Shown here: positions 39,801-55,042 of the stretch, in pieces | How the letters are laid out: each line of letters begins with the position of its first letter | Position numbering within the stretch: the stretch's first letter is position 1 | DNA from: the human T2T-CHM13v2.0 reference genome, Homo sapiens | Length of the DNA: 64,000 nt | Assembly (NCBI RefSeq): GCF_009914755.1 | Contig: NC_060939.1 | Strand: one strand, 5' to 3' | Notes under the pieces: generated by a model | Databases searched by the model: none | What the model was told of the DNA's origin: nothing | The model's input: only the letters and a program-made list of their open reading frames with translations | Made by a program: the position numbers and the translations under genes

Positions 39801-41489
39801 TACGGAGAGAGAGGAGAGAGGGAGAGGGATAGTGAGAGAGAGAGATGGAGAGAGGGGGAGAGGGAGAGAGGGAGGAGAAAGGATTTAATAGAGGAATTGG
39901 CTCACTCAATTATGGAGGCTGAGAAGTCCACACAAGTGGACTTGTGTGATTGGCGAGTTGGAGAACCAGGGAAGCTGGTAGCATGGCTCAGGTCAAGTCT
40001 GAAGGCCTTGAACCAGGGAAACGGATGGTGTGTAACTGTCAGACTGAGGCAGAAGGCCTGAGAGCCTAGAGGGCTGCTGACACGACTTCCAGAGTGCAAA
40101 AACCAGAAAAGCTGGAGTTCTGATGTCCAAGGGCAGGAGAGGAAGGGCGTCACAGCTCCCCTTCCTCCGCCTTTTTGTTTCATCTGGGCCCCTAGCTGAC
40201 TGGATGATGGCTGCCCACATTGAGGGTGGATCTTCCTCACTCAGTCCGCCAACTCACTTGCCAGTCTCCTCTGCAAATACACTCAAAGACACACTGGGGC
40301 AGCCCAGTTATTTTAATCAAATGCCAAACCACCTGTGTTTCCTTTCAGCAGAAGAGGAATGGGCTCAGTACCTACTGAAGTATTGAGAATAAATAATGCT
40401 TTACCAACTATCTGGGTATCCTTTAATCCAGTCAAGTTGACACCCAAATCAACCATCACACCTCCTATTTCACTGATCTTTCATTTTATTTTTCTCTATT
40501 AATGGCACTATCCTGTAATTTATAAAAACAAAAGAAAAATACTGCTTCTATGTCTCTTAAATGATTATTCATTGTAATTCTCATTGGAGTTATATATTGT
40601 GGAAAGTATTTGAATGTGTGCCAGACCAAAAAAGGTATTTCTTTGCATTCTTGCTGAATCCTTTTAATGTGCTATAAACTTGATCTAATTCCAGTGTGTT
40701 ATTTGACAGTCTCAATGTTTTCTAAAGTCCCTATAACTCATGATAGGATTCTCATGGCTGCCATCTTCATAATTTTACCTGTCATCATTCTTTCATGTTC
40801 TGTGTAAAACAAGTCCAAGAAGTCCAAGAATTTGGATAGGGAATATATAAGTTTTGTATCTGCATTAAAGCATATGGTTCTCCATCCCTCTAGTGACTTT
40901 CAATTATTCATTCAACAAATATTGATTAGGTTCCAGAAAATATAACAGAGGACTTGGTGAGTGGTTTGATGTGTGGTGTGGGATATGCCAAGAGTGAATG
41001 CTGGATCTCTGAAGCTTTTGGTGGTGTGAAATACTGACACTGGGAAGACAGGTGATGGAGCAGGTGGAGGTGTGGGGGATTTCAAGTTCAAGTTTAGTTG
41101 TGCTAAGCTTGAGGCACTTAGGGTATCTTCAGGGAGACACGTCAGATTGACAATTGCATAAGTAAGTTAGGAATTCAGAAAAGGGGAAATTTGGGGGTCA
41201 CTAGCACATAGATGGCAGTGGAGGATGAGAAAAGAGGGGAAGGGGAAGAGGGGTGGGAGGGAAGACAGAGAGAGGGAGGAGATATTCAGAGGAACTCTAG
41301 CCTTTAATGCCTCATCAGAAGGAACCATAAAAGAGTGTGCAGAAGGAATAGGAGAGAAACCAGCAGCGCCTGAAGGCAGAGAGACCAAGAGAGGAGGGGG
41401 ATTCAATGTGAGGTCGAGGTTGCTCAAGACTTAGCATGCTTAGTTAATAAACATTAGAGGTAAACAGCTCCAGAGGAGTAATGGGGGTA

Positions 41490-41697
41490 GAAACCACGAG
41501 TCAAGTCTGGTGGGCTGTCTGTATTTGAAAATAAAGTTTCATGGGGACACAACCACACGCATTCATTTCTGTGTTGTTTATGGCTCTGCTGTGATGCAAC
41601 AGCAGAACTGAGTAGACTACAGCCACAGAGACTGCATGGCCCACAAAACCTCAGCTATTGGCTATCTGGCCTTTATAGGAAGAGTTTCCCACACCTG
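41490..41697 (+). mobile_element. MER58A (hAT-Charlie)
   Basis: aataaagtttcatggggacacaaccacacgcattcattt...cagagactgcatggcccacaaaacct...ctatctggccttta. Confidence 0.8.
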
Positions 41698-41722
41698 AGC
41701 TAGTGGTTTGAGAAGTGAATGA

Positions 41723-42079
<357 letters not shown>

Positions 42080-43019
42080 TAAAGAGATTCAAGAAGGAGA
42101 AGAGAGAAATTGGATAGTAGTCCTAGAGGAATGACAGGAGATCAGTAAGAGGATTTTGTTGTTTTCTCTTTGCTTTTTAGATGGGAAGAATTTAAACATA
42201 CATAGTTGTTAATCGAATGAGGCTAGAAGAGAGGGAGATATTGAAGCCACATAGGAGGGTAAAGAAACTCGGTGGATGGTTTCCTGAGAAGGAAGAATGG
42301 GAGAAGGTCCCATGCAAGGTGGAAGGGAGTGGATGGAAGAGGAATGTCCCCCATGCAACAGTGGGAAGTGGGGACAAGGTAGGTGCCAAGGCTGGGATGT
42401 TTAAAGATTTAGGAGCAAGATGTTGAGAAAATTTCTTTTGGGATTGTTCCATTTTCTCTGTAAAGTAGGAGATGAGAGAGATGAGATCACGTGTTAAGAA
42501 TGAAGAGGTAGGAGGGGGCGAGGAGAGTTGAGCCCTTGTCCTTACTTCATCATCTCCACCAAGGTCACCTCTGTTGACGTCAGTTAATGACCTACGGCTC
42601 CTGGTGAGAAGTGGCCCTTATCAGGAAAGGCAGAGGTGACCTTTGGGTTTGCCTGGAGTTCACCCATCCAGCAAATGGCAAAAGTGACACTCAAATCCAG
42701 CACTGGGGAACAGACCTGTGCTCATAACATCTACGCCAAACTGCCTTGGTTGGTTATAAATTGCAGTGTATTATTTATTTCTCCTAATTTTTTTTAATCT
42801 CATAACATCCTCCCAGAAATTGTGGGTTTCTAATTTTGTTAGATTCCGGAAAGGAAAGCGTGTGATTCTTCACAGTGTCCTCCATGAGGGTCTGCCTCTT
42901 TTCTGATAACTTAGCCTGTTTTCATCTCTGTGCTCCCACTACCTCCCTCGCCCAGCCTTTTGGTAACAATACTCTTTACAAATATATATATATTTTTCTT
43001 AATGTGATCACTTTCTGTA

Positions 43020-46000
43020 ATGCTTTTTTAGTAACAACCCCATTGAGATTTCATATACCATATAATACCATACAATACACCCTTTTAAAGTGTTCAATTC
43101 AATGGTTTTTAGTAGAGGCACAGTTATGCAATCATCACTACAATCAATTTTTATCACTCCCCTCTCAAACCCACCCACTTGTAGTCACTCCCCATTTTCC
43201 CCTCAAATCTTCAAGTCCTAGACAATAAGTTAACTGTGTTCTATTTCCGTAGATTTGCTTAATCTAGACATTTCACAGAAGAGAAATCATACAATATGCG
43301 GTCTTTTGTGACTGCCTTCTTTCACTTAGGATAATGTTTTCACGATATATTCATGTTGTACCTTGGTGTATCTTGGTGTGTGTTAGTACTTCATTCCTTT
43401 TTGGTGCTAAGTAATATTCCACTGTAGTAATATACCACATTATGTTTATTCATTCATTAGTTGATAGACATTTTTTTCCCCATTTATTGGCTATTATGGA
43501 ACAATACTGCTATAAACACCTGCGCCATTTTACATTCCTACTAACAATATATGAGGGTTCCAATTTCTCCACATCCTTGCCAAAACCTGTTATCATCTGT
43601 CTTTTTTATTATGATCATCCTAAAGAGTGTGAAGTGGCTAATGTTATGACATCTTTTCATGTGCTTATTGGCCATTCATATATATTTTTGAAGGACTGTC
43701 TATCAAACTCTTTGCCCATTATTTAATGGGGTTGTCTTTTGCTATTGAGTATTAAGAGTTTTTTATATGCTCTAGATATAAGTCCCTTATTAGATAAATG
43801 GTTTGCAAATATGTTATCCTATTCAGTGGATTGCCTTTTCACTTTGTGGATGGTGTCCTTTCAAACATAAAGTTTTTAAATTTTATGAAGTCTGATTTAT
43901 CTGTTTTTTTCTTTTGTTGCCTGTTATTTTAGTGCCACATCTAAGAAATCACTTCTAATCCAAGTCACAAAGGTTAATGCATATGTTATCTTGTAAAAGT
44001 GTTGTAGGTGAGCTCCTATGTTTAGGCCTTCAATTCATTTTGAGTTATTTTTTGTACATGATGTAAGGTAGGGGGTCCAACTTCATTCTTTTGTAGTTTT
44101 TTTATGTCTAGAATTTTAAAAAATATTTTAACTTTTATTTTAGGTTCAGGGGTACACGTGTAGTTCTGTTACATGGGTAAACTCATGACTCAGGGGTTCG
44201 TTGTACAGATTATTTCATCACTCAGGTAGTAAGCATAGTGCTGGACACTTTTCTTTTTTCTGAACCTCTTCCTCCTCCTAATCTCCTCCCTTAATTAGGC
44301 CCCATTGTCTGTGGTTCTGCTCTTTCTGTCCATGTATTCTCATTAGTTATCTCCCACTTATAAGTGAGAACATGCGGGATTTGGTTTTCTGTTCTTGGGT
44401 TAGTTTGCTACTCATAATGGCCTCCAGTTCCCTCCATGTTCCTGCAAAGGACATGATCTTTGCTCTTTTTTATGCTGCATAGTATTCCATGGTGTATATG
44501 TGTCACATTTTCTTTATCCACTCTCTCATTGATGTATATTTAATGTTAATTTTTATATATGGTGTAAGGAAGGGGTCTAGTTTCAATCTTCTACACACGG
44601 CTAGACAATCATCCCAGCACCATTTATCGAATAGGGAGTCTTTTAACCATTGCTTGTTTTTGTCAGTTTTGTCAAAGATCGGGTGGTTGTAGGTGTGTGG
44701 CTTTATTTCTGGGCTCTCTATTCTGTTTCACTGGTCTATGTGTCCGTTTTTGTACCAGTACTTTGCTTGTAGTACAGTTTGTAGCCTTGTGGTACAGTTT
44801 GAAGTCAGGCAATATGATTCCTCCAGTTTGTTCTTTTTGCTTAGGATTGCCTTGGCTATTTGGGCTCTTTTTTTTTGTTTCATATAAATTTTACAATAGT
44901 TTTGTATTAGTTCTGTGAAGAATGTCATTGGTAATTTGATAGGAATCGCATTGAATCTGCAAATTGCTATGGACAGTATGGCCATTTTAATGATATTGAT
45001 TCTTCCTATGAGCATGAAATGTTTTTCCACTTGTGTCATCTCTGCTTTGAGCAGTGTTTTGTACTTTTCATTGTAGAGATCTTTCACCTCCCTGGCTAGC
45101 AGTATTCTTGGGTGTTTTATTCCTGGGTATTCCTTATTCTGGCAGTTATGAATGGGACTGTGTTCCTGATTTGCCTCTCAGCTTGGGTGCTGTTAGTGTT
45201 CAGGAATGCAGTGTACAGGAATGCTATTGATTTTTGTGCCTTGATTTTATATCCTGAAACTTTGTTGAAGTTGCTTATCAGCTTCAAGGAGCTTTTGGGC
45301 AGATACTATGGGGTTTTGTAGATATGGAATCATGTCGTCTATAAACAGAGACATTTTGACTTCCTCTCTTCCTATTTGGATGCCGTTTAATTATTTCTCT
45401 TGCCTGATTGCTCTGGCCAGGTCTTCCAATACTATGTTGAATAGGGGTGGTGAGAATGGGCATCCTTGTCTTGTTCTAATTTTAAAGGAAAATGCTTATA
45501 GCTTTTGACTGTTCAGTATGATGTTGGCTGTGGGTTTGTCATAGACAGCTCTTATTATTTTGAAGTATGTTCCTTCAATGCCTAGTTTATTGAGGATTTT
45601 TAACATAAAAGGAAATTAAATTTTATTGAAAGTATTTTTTTACATCTATTGAGATAGTCATGTGTTTTTTTCTTTAGTTCTGTTTATGTGATGAATAATA
45701 TTTATTTATTTATTTGCATATATTGAGCCAACCTTGCATCCCAGGGGTGAAGCCTACTTGATCATGATGGATTAGCTTTTTGATGTCCCACTGAATTTTG
45801 TTTGCTAGTATTTTGTTGAGGATTTCTGCATCTATGTTATTCAAGGATATTGGCCTGAAGTTTTCTTTTATTGTTGTGTCTCTGCCAGGTTTTGGTATCA
45901 GGATGATGCTGGCCTCATAGAATGAGTTGGGTGATGAGTCCCTGCTCCTCAATTTTTTGGAACAGCTTCACTAGGAATGGTATCAACTCCTCTTTGTACA

Positions 46001-47150
46001 TCTGGCAGAATTTGGCTGTGAATCCATCTAGTCCTGGGTTTTTTGCTTGGTAGGCTATTTATTACTGATTCCATTTCAGAGCTCATCATTGGCCTGTTCA
46101 GGGATTCAGTTTCTTCCTGGTTCAGTCTTGGGAGGATGTACATGTCCAGGAATTTATCTATTTCTTCTAGATTTTCTAGTTTGTGTGCATAGAGCTGTTC
46201 AGTTATTTGTATTTATGTGGGGTCAGTGGTAACATCCTCTTCATCATTCTAATTGTGTTTATTTATATCTTCTCTCTTTTCTTCTTTACTAGTCTAGCTA
46301 GTAGTCTATATATCTTATCAATTTTTTCAAAAAAGCAACTCCTGGATTCATTGTTCTTTTTTATGTTTTTTTTTGTGTGTGTGTCTCTATCTCCTTCACT
46401 TCAGCTCTGATTTGGTTATTTCTTGTCTTCTGCCGACTTCATTCTTTCCAATGTGAATATACAGTTGCCTCAATGCTGCTTGCTGAAAGACTATCCTTTC
46501 TCCATTAAATTGTCTCGTCCAAAATTAATTGACCATAAATGTAAGGGTTTATTAATGGACTTCTTTCACTTAACATAATATAAATGCTAAGTGAATAGAT
46601 CAATTATATTCCATTGATCTATATGCCTGTTCTTATGCCAGTACCACACTATCTTCATTACTATAGTTTTGTAGTAAGTTTTGAAATCAGGAAGTCTGAG
46701 TCTTCCAACTTTATTCTTCTTTTTCAAGACTGTTTTGCCTATTCTGGATCCCTCGTGATTCCATATGAATTTTAAGATCAGCTTGTTAATTTCTGCAGAT
46801 AAGCTAGCTAGCATTTTGGGAGGGATTTTTTTGAAACTGTGGATGAATTTGGGGTGTACTGCCATCTTAACAATATTAAGCCTTCCAATCATGAACACGA
46901 ATTGCATTTTCATTTATGCCTGCCTTCTTTAATTTATTTCAACAATGTTTCATAGTTTTTAGAGTATGTTTTACACTTCTTTTGTCAAATTTATTCCAAG
47001 TATTTTATTCTTTTTAATGTTATTGTCAATGAAATTGTTTTCTTAATTTCATTTTCAGAGTGTTCATTCCAAGTGTATAGAAATGCAACTAAATTTTGTA
47101 TATTGATATTGCACTGCGTAACTCTGCTGAACTTGTGTACTACTTCTTAT
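43020..47150 (-). mobile_element. L1MB-type element (3'UTR and ORF2 3' half), host of a nested L1PA
   Basis: 3'UTR text from ~43020; ORF2 remnant at 46587-46913 (IVKMAVHPKFI...LRLPDFKTYYKTIVMKIVWYWHKNRHIDQWN). Confidence 0.85.
44092..46432 (-). mobile_element. L1PA13-16-like, 5'-truncated, with a ~750-nt internal deletion
   Basis: 3'UTR gttgtacagattatttcatcactcaggta; ORF2 remnants ([20 protein letters not shown]); TSD ccaacttcattcttt/ccgacttcattcttt (44077-44091 / 46433-46447). Confidence 0.85.
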
Positions 47151-47646
47151 AATGCTTTTTAAAATTATATTTCCTGGTCTACTTCATGTACTGTTATAAA
47201 AGCCTCTCTTCTATTCTTCTACTATTTCTCTAAGAAATGTGTTAGGTTGCAGCCAAATTCACCTCTTCTTTAAAAGAAGACAAAGTCAAATAAGCAGGCC
47301 AAATATTTCATTTCCTCTTGCAAATGAAACTAAAGGGGACTAAAGTATTGAGATCTTCATAGAGATAGAAATAGCTCAAATTGCAGTTACTTCTGGTACA
47401 GTAAGGATTGTGGTTGCTTTAAAAATCCCTAAAATCAAACTCATTTTTAATCAATGATGTTTCAAGGAAATACAGAAATAAGAGCTGCAGTGCTTTTTAT
47501 GCTAATGAAAATGTTTATTTCCCTGAAAAACATGCAGTTACAACAAAATAGTGGATACTATTGGAAATTGTTGCTTATTTTCATCCAAGATGATTTTTTT
47601 TTCTACTTTCAGTGCCTGACCTAATGGTGATACTTTCCAAGATTCT

Positions 47647-50114
<2,468 letters not shown>

Positions 50115-50804
50115 TTATATTTACTTTCAGTCATATATGAACATAACCAAACACCTGAGTTAACAGGATTTGATCTTTTTTAGCACCTGCTACTCTCATT
50201 TGCCTTACTTCTGTTTTTGGAAGCATTTGAATTCCATGCCGACTCTCATCCTGCTCATACAGATGTATAGATAAAATGCAATTAGCCTCAGCCAGCTAGA
50301 ATAGCTGAGGACAACAATGGAAAATCTTTTTGTACAATGCAATGAATTATCAATAATGGATGATTACATGTCCCACTGGTCTGAAGGGAATACTGATTCT
50401 GCTGTATCATAAGAAGCAATTTCTGGTGTCAAATGAGGTGGAGAATGTGAGCTTTCATCTATAGTTTACATTTTTGTACTGAGCCCATCAGTGTTGATTT
50501 ATGGGAAGTGATAGGGACATTTCCAAGTTTGTGAAAGGAGGGTTAAATTCATTTGTCAGAAAGACAAACCAAATGGGTTCCTAATTAAAAACACAAACTC
50601 AAAAGATAAAAATGTATGCCCGCTATTTATCTGTGCCATGTATTCAGTATGGCAAAGCAATCCTATGCTGAAAGTTGTTAAATTACTAATATACAGGTTG
50701 CTCATTTGATTTGGTAGAATTTGTGATGTTCTGCAAAGAGAAAGCCTGAGATGCAAGTTGTTTAACTGATTTATGTCAAGAAGACCTGAGGATGCTAATC
50801 TTTC

Positions 50805-52578
50805 TTGCTAGGTTGGGGAAGTTCTCCTGGATAATACCCTGAAGTATGTTTTCCAACTTGGTTCTTTTGTCCCTCTCTCTTTCAGGTACCATGGTCAGTT
50901 GTAGGTTCGGTCTTTTTGTGCAATCCCATAGTTCTCGGAGGTTTTGTTTGCCCCTTTTCATTCTTTTTTCTCTAATCTTGAGTGCCTGCCTTATTTTAGC
51001 AAGATAGTCTTCAAGCTCTGAGCTTCTCTCCTGTTTGGTCTATTCATCTACTGATACTTGTGGTTGCATTGTGAAGTTCTCGTGTTGTGTTTTTCAGCTC
51101 CATCAAGTCATTTATGTTCCTCTCTAAACTGGTTATTCTGGTTAACAGCTCCTGTAATGTTTTATCATGGGTCTTACCTTTTTTGCATTGGGTTAGAACA
51201 TACTCCTTTAGCTCAGCGAAGTTCATTATTACCCACCTTCTGTTAGTTCATCCATCTTAGCCTCAGCCCAGTTTTGTGCCCTTGTTGGAGAGGTGTTGCA
51301 ATCATTTGGAGGAGAAGAGACACTCTAGCTTTTTGAATTTGCAGTGTTTTTGCATTGATTTTTTTCTCATTTTCGTGGGTTTATCTACCTTCCATTTTTG
51401 AGACTGCCTACATTTGGATGGGGTTTTGGTGGGGTCATTTTGTTGATGTTGTTGTTGTTGCTTTCTGTTTGTTTGTTTTTAACTGTCAGACCCCCCTTCC
51501 ATAGGGCTGCTGCAGTTTGCTGGGGGTCCACTGCGGAGGCTATTAACCTGGGTCCCTTCTGCACCTGGAGGTATCACCAGTGGAGGCTGCAGAACAGCAA
51601 AGATGGCTGCCTGCTTCTTCGTCTGGGAGCTCTGTCCCGGAGGGACACCTACTTGATGCTGGCGGGAGCTCTCCTGTGTGAGGTGTCTGGCGACCCCTGT
51701 TGGGAGGTCTCACTCAGTCAGGAGGCACGAGATCAGGGACCCGCTTGAAGCAGCCTGGCTACCCCTTGGTGGAGCGGGTGTGCTGTGCTGAGCGGAATCT
51801 CCTCATCCGGACTGCCCAGCCTCTCCAGAGCCAGCAGAGGGGAAAGACTAGGTCCGCTGAACTGCAGAGACAGCGGCCACCCCTTCCCCCAGGGGCTCCG
51901 CCCCAGGGAGATCAGAGCTCTGTCTGTAAATCCCTGGCTGGAGCTGCTGAAGTTCCCGCAGGGAGGCCCTGTCTAGCGAGGAGGGATGAATGTGGGTCCC
52001 ACGTAAAGAAAGAATCCGGCCACAATCTGCCACAGCCACTGTGTTGCGCTATGAGAAATTTCTCTCAGTCCAAACTGCCCAGTCTCCCTGGCCCAGCAGG
52101 GAAAATGGCCCACTGGGGCCACAGTGATGGTGGCCGCCCCTCTCGTTGGGAATATGGTCATCTTAGGTAGTTTCCAGCATGCTGCTGCTGGCCTCCCGAG
52201 TGGCCACCAAGAGTTTGCACAGTTCTGTGCTTGGGACCCAAGGTCCTGGTGGCATGGGCTCACAAGGGGATCTCTGATCAGTGGGTTCCACAGATCTGTG
52301 GCAAATGCGTGGTTTCCCTGGCAGGGTAGCACAATCACTCACTGCCTCCCTTGGCTGGGGGTGGGAATTCCTCTTACCTCGTGCAGGTCCCGGGTGGGCT
52401 GTCGCTCCACCCTGCTTTTCGTCACTCGCCATGGGTTGAGCCAACCTCCTGGTCAGTCCCAATGAGAGAACCTGGACACCTCGGCTGGAGGTGCAGGATT
52501 CACTCACTGTTTTCATTCTTCTTGGTGGGAGCCGCAGACCAGAGCTCCTTCTAATTGGTCATCTTGGCCCCTTGATTC
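50805..52578 (-). mobile_element. L1PA8-13-like 5'UTR plus ORF1 5' part, 3'-truncated, no poly-A
   Basis: Minus strand begins GGGGCCAAGATGACC; ORF1 ATG at 51370; ORF1 remnant ends ...IIQENFPNLAR; perfect 12-bp TSD tgctaatctttc (50793-50804 / 52579-52590). Confidence 0.9.
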
Positions 52579-53019
52579 TGCTAATCTTTCAAGGACAAGA
52601 CTAGTGGACTTCCTTTAGGAACCTCCAAGTTTGAGTAAAATCACTTGAGCTTCAAAACATAGAGCAAGTGCTGAGTTGACTTCATTCTCATTGTTGCTCC
52701 CTTCCTCTCTTTCTCTTTCTCCCGTTTCAGACATTGAGCTGAGTGTCAGCGCTACTTGTTGCAACTCCAGCCTAAAGGTTCTAAATTTATCCTTTGGAGA
52801 CACATGGAACAAGTATGAAGTAAATAGCTTTGCATAGAAATGAAGATATCTCATACATCTCTTCTGATATTTCTTTCTTTTTGAATATCTACCTATGTAT
52901 CTTTCTATGATCCATCTAACTCTTCATTCTTTCATCCATCCATTACTATTTCTATCTCATATCCACCTCCACTGTCACTAATGTCTTACACATCTCTCCA
53001 AAGTGCAGATAAAAACAAA

Positions 53020-53440
53020 TATAAATGTAAGTTCATATTTTTCTTTTCTTTTATATAAAAGGTAGCTTATTAGTCACACTATTTTGCATGATTTTGTTGT
53101 TTTTAACTCTCTAATTCAGCAAGAAGATTTATTTTCATCCTTCAGAGGCAGAGTATTCCATCATATGGACACAACACATTTTCCATGTTTTATTTTTCAG
53201 AAAAAAAAACTATGTTGGTTGGACATTTGGGTCATTCCCAATCTTTTTGTGTTACAAACTTAATGCTACAGTGAATAACTTGGTGTATATGTTATTTTGT
53301 GCATGTGTATCTGTAGTGTGACATCTCAGAGGTGAATTGCTGGATGAAAGAGTGAATACATTTATAAGTTGGATAGATAGTGCCACATTCTTTTCCAGAG
53401 GAGCATTTTATGGATGTTTACTCCCTCCTGGCAGCATACA
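53020..53440 (-). mobile_element. L1ME-type 3' fragment
   Basis: ttggacatttgggtcattcccaatctttt...aatgctacagtgaataac...atttataagttggatagatagtgcca. Confidence 0.6.
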
Positions 53441-53506
53441 GAGGGCAGGGACGCAGAGGAAGACTGCCCCCTGGTGCAGGTAACAAGGCATTATTTGTAC
53501 AAAACA

Positions 53507-53790
53507 ACATGGATGAAGCTGGAAACCACCATTCTCAGCAAACTAACACAAGAACAGAAAACCAAACACCCCATATTCTCACTCATAAGTGGGAGTTGAA
53601 CAATGAGAACACATGGACACAGGGAGGGGAACATCACACACCAGGGCCTGTCGGGGGGTGGGGGGTTAGGGGAGGGATAGCAATAGGAGAAATACCTAAC
53701 GTAGATGATGGGTTGATGGGTACAGCAAACCACCATGGCACGTGTATGTATACCTATGTAACAAACCTGCACGTTCTGCACATGTATCCC
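53507..53790 (+). mobile_element. L1PA7/8-like 3' fragment without poly-A tail
   Basis: acatggatgaagctggaaacc...aacaaacctgcacgttctgcacatgtatccc, then no cttaaagtataataaaa or A-tail. Confidence 0.88.
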
Positions 53791-54105
53791 AAAACCAACT
53801 GAAAATTGGTGTGCTTGTTATTGATACCATGAATGGGAAATTCTACAGTCAATGATAAAATATTTCTTACCAACCCCCGAAGTATTTGATTAGCCTAAAT
53901 TCTAGGTAATTGCTGCAGTCACTGTTGGGTTTCAATAATCTACATGCAATCAGTACATGGAAGTTAATTGGGAGAACCAATAGTCATACAGTTGGCCCCT
54001 TCAGACTCGGGTACATTTTTGTGTTGTGGAGTAAGAGTGAGAAGGCTCTGGAATCAGAGCAGACAGGTTCCTGGGGGCTCACTTCAAGTGCAGTTCATGT
54101 CTTCA

Positions 54106-55042
54106 TGTAACCAGCTCAAATCCAGCTGCGCACCGCTCAGAAGCCGAAAACAGGAGAAACAAGGTGTGGTGAAAGGAAAGCAACTTTATTCAAATGCTAG
54201 CAGTTGGGGAAGGGCCAGGCTCATGCCTTTAACAGACTATGTTAGTCCATTCTCACGCTGCTGTAAGGACATACCCGAGACTAGGTAATTTATAAAGGAA
54301 AGAGATTTAATTGACTCACAGTTCTGCAAGGCTGGGGAGGCGTTCAGAAAACTTACAATCATGGTGGAAGGGGAAGCAAACACAGTCCTTCTTCACAGAG
54401 CAGCAGGGAGAAGAAGAACGAGTGCCCAGTGAAGGGGGAAGCCTTTTATAAAACCACCAGATCTTGTGAGAACTAACTCACTATCACGAGAACAGGATGC
54501 GGGAAACCGCCTCCATGATTCAAATATCTCCACCTGGTCCTTCCCACAACACGTGGGGATTATGGGAACTATTAATACAATTCCTGATGAGATTGGGCTG
54601 CGGACACAGCCAAATCATATCACAGACCATCCCCACTTTTTGGGCCAAGTGAAAGGGTTTAAGAAGGAAGAAGGTGTGGGGAATACTCAGGGGTGGTGCA
54701 GGAGGGTGTAGGCCTGCGTGCCTCATTCCCATAGCTATCTTGAGTAATCACCTGTCTGGAGGTCCGCATTACCTCATTCTGACTCCGCCCAGTAGTGGTG
54801 GGCTAACTTCGTAATTCTCCTGGAGAAGGAGGATTCAGCAATTGGGTCTCTCTGCCTGGTTTGTTTCAATGTTGGCCCCTGGAATTTCTAAGCAAGCCCA
54901 TAATTAGATAAGAGAGCACTGTGAACTGAAGTGGCTGGTGGGAAAGGGAGGAACAAAGAGTTTCAGTCTGTTTCAAGGCTGAAATCAAGAAAGGAAAGAA
55001 AAAGTTTTAAAATGCATTTTGAGGCTGAGATACTCAGTTACA
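54106..55042 (-). mobile_element. ERV1-class LTR (family not assigned) interrupted by THE1
   Basis: tgtaacc ... cagttaca termini; minus-strand AATAAA (ctttatt at ~54184-54190); text continuous across the THE1. Confidence 0.6.
54238..54622 (-). mobile_element. THE1C/D-like solo LTR
   Basis: ttagtccattctcacgctgct...ggacacagccaaatcatatca; perfect TSD CAGAC (54233-54237 / 54623-54627). Confidence 0.92.

Larger units (their letters stand above)
38055..40460 (-). mobile_element. MLT2 (B/C-type) LTR, outer layer of an LTR nest
   Basis: tagttagggttcttcagagagacaga at the left; resumes at 39801 with ggaattggctcac...atggaggctgagaagtcc and ends ccagtcaagttgacacccaaatcaaccatcaca. Confidence 0.85.
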
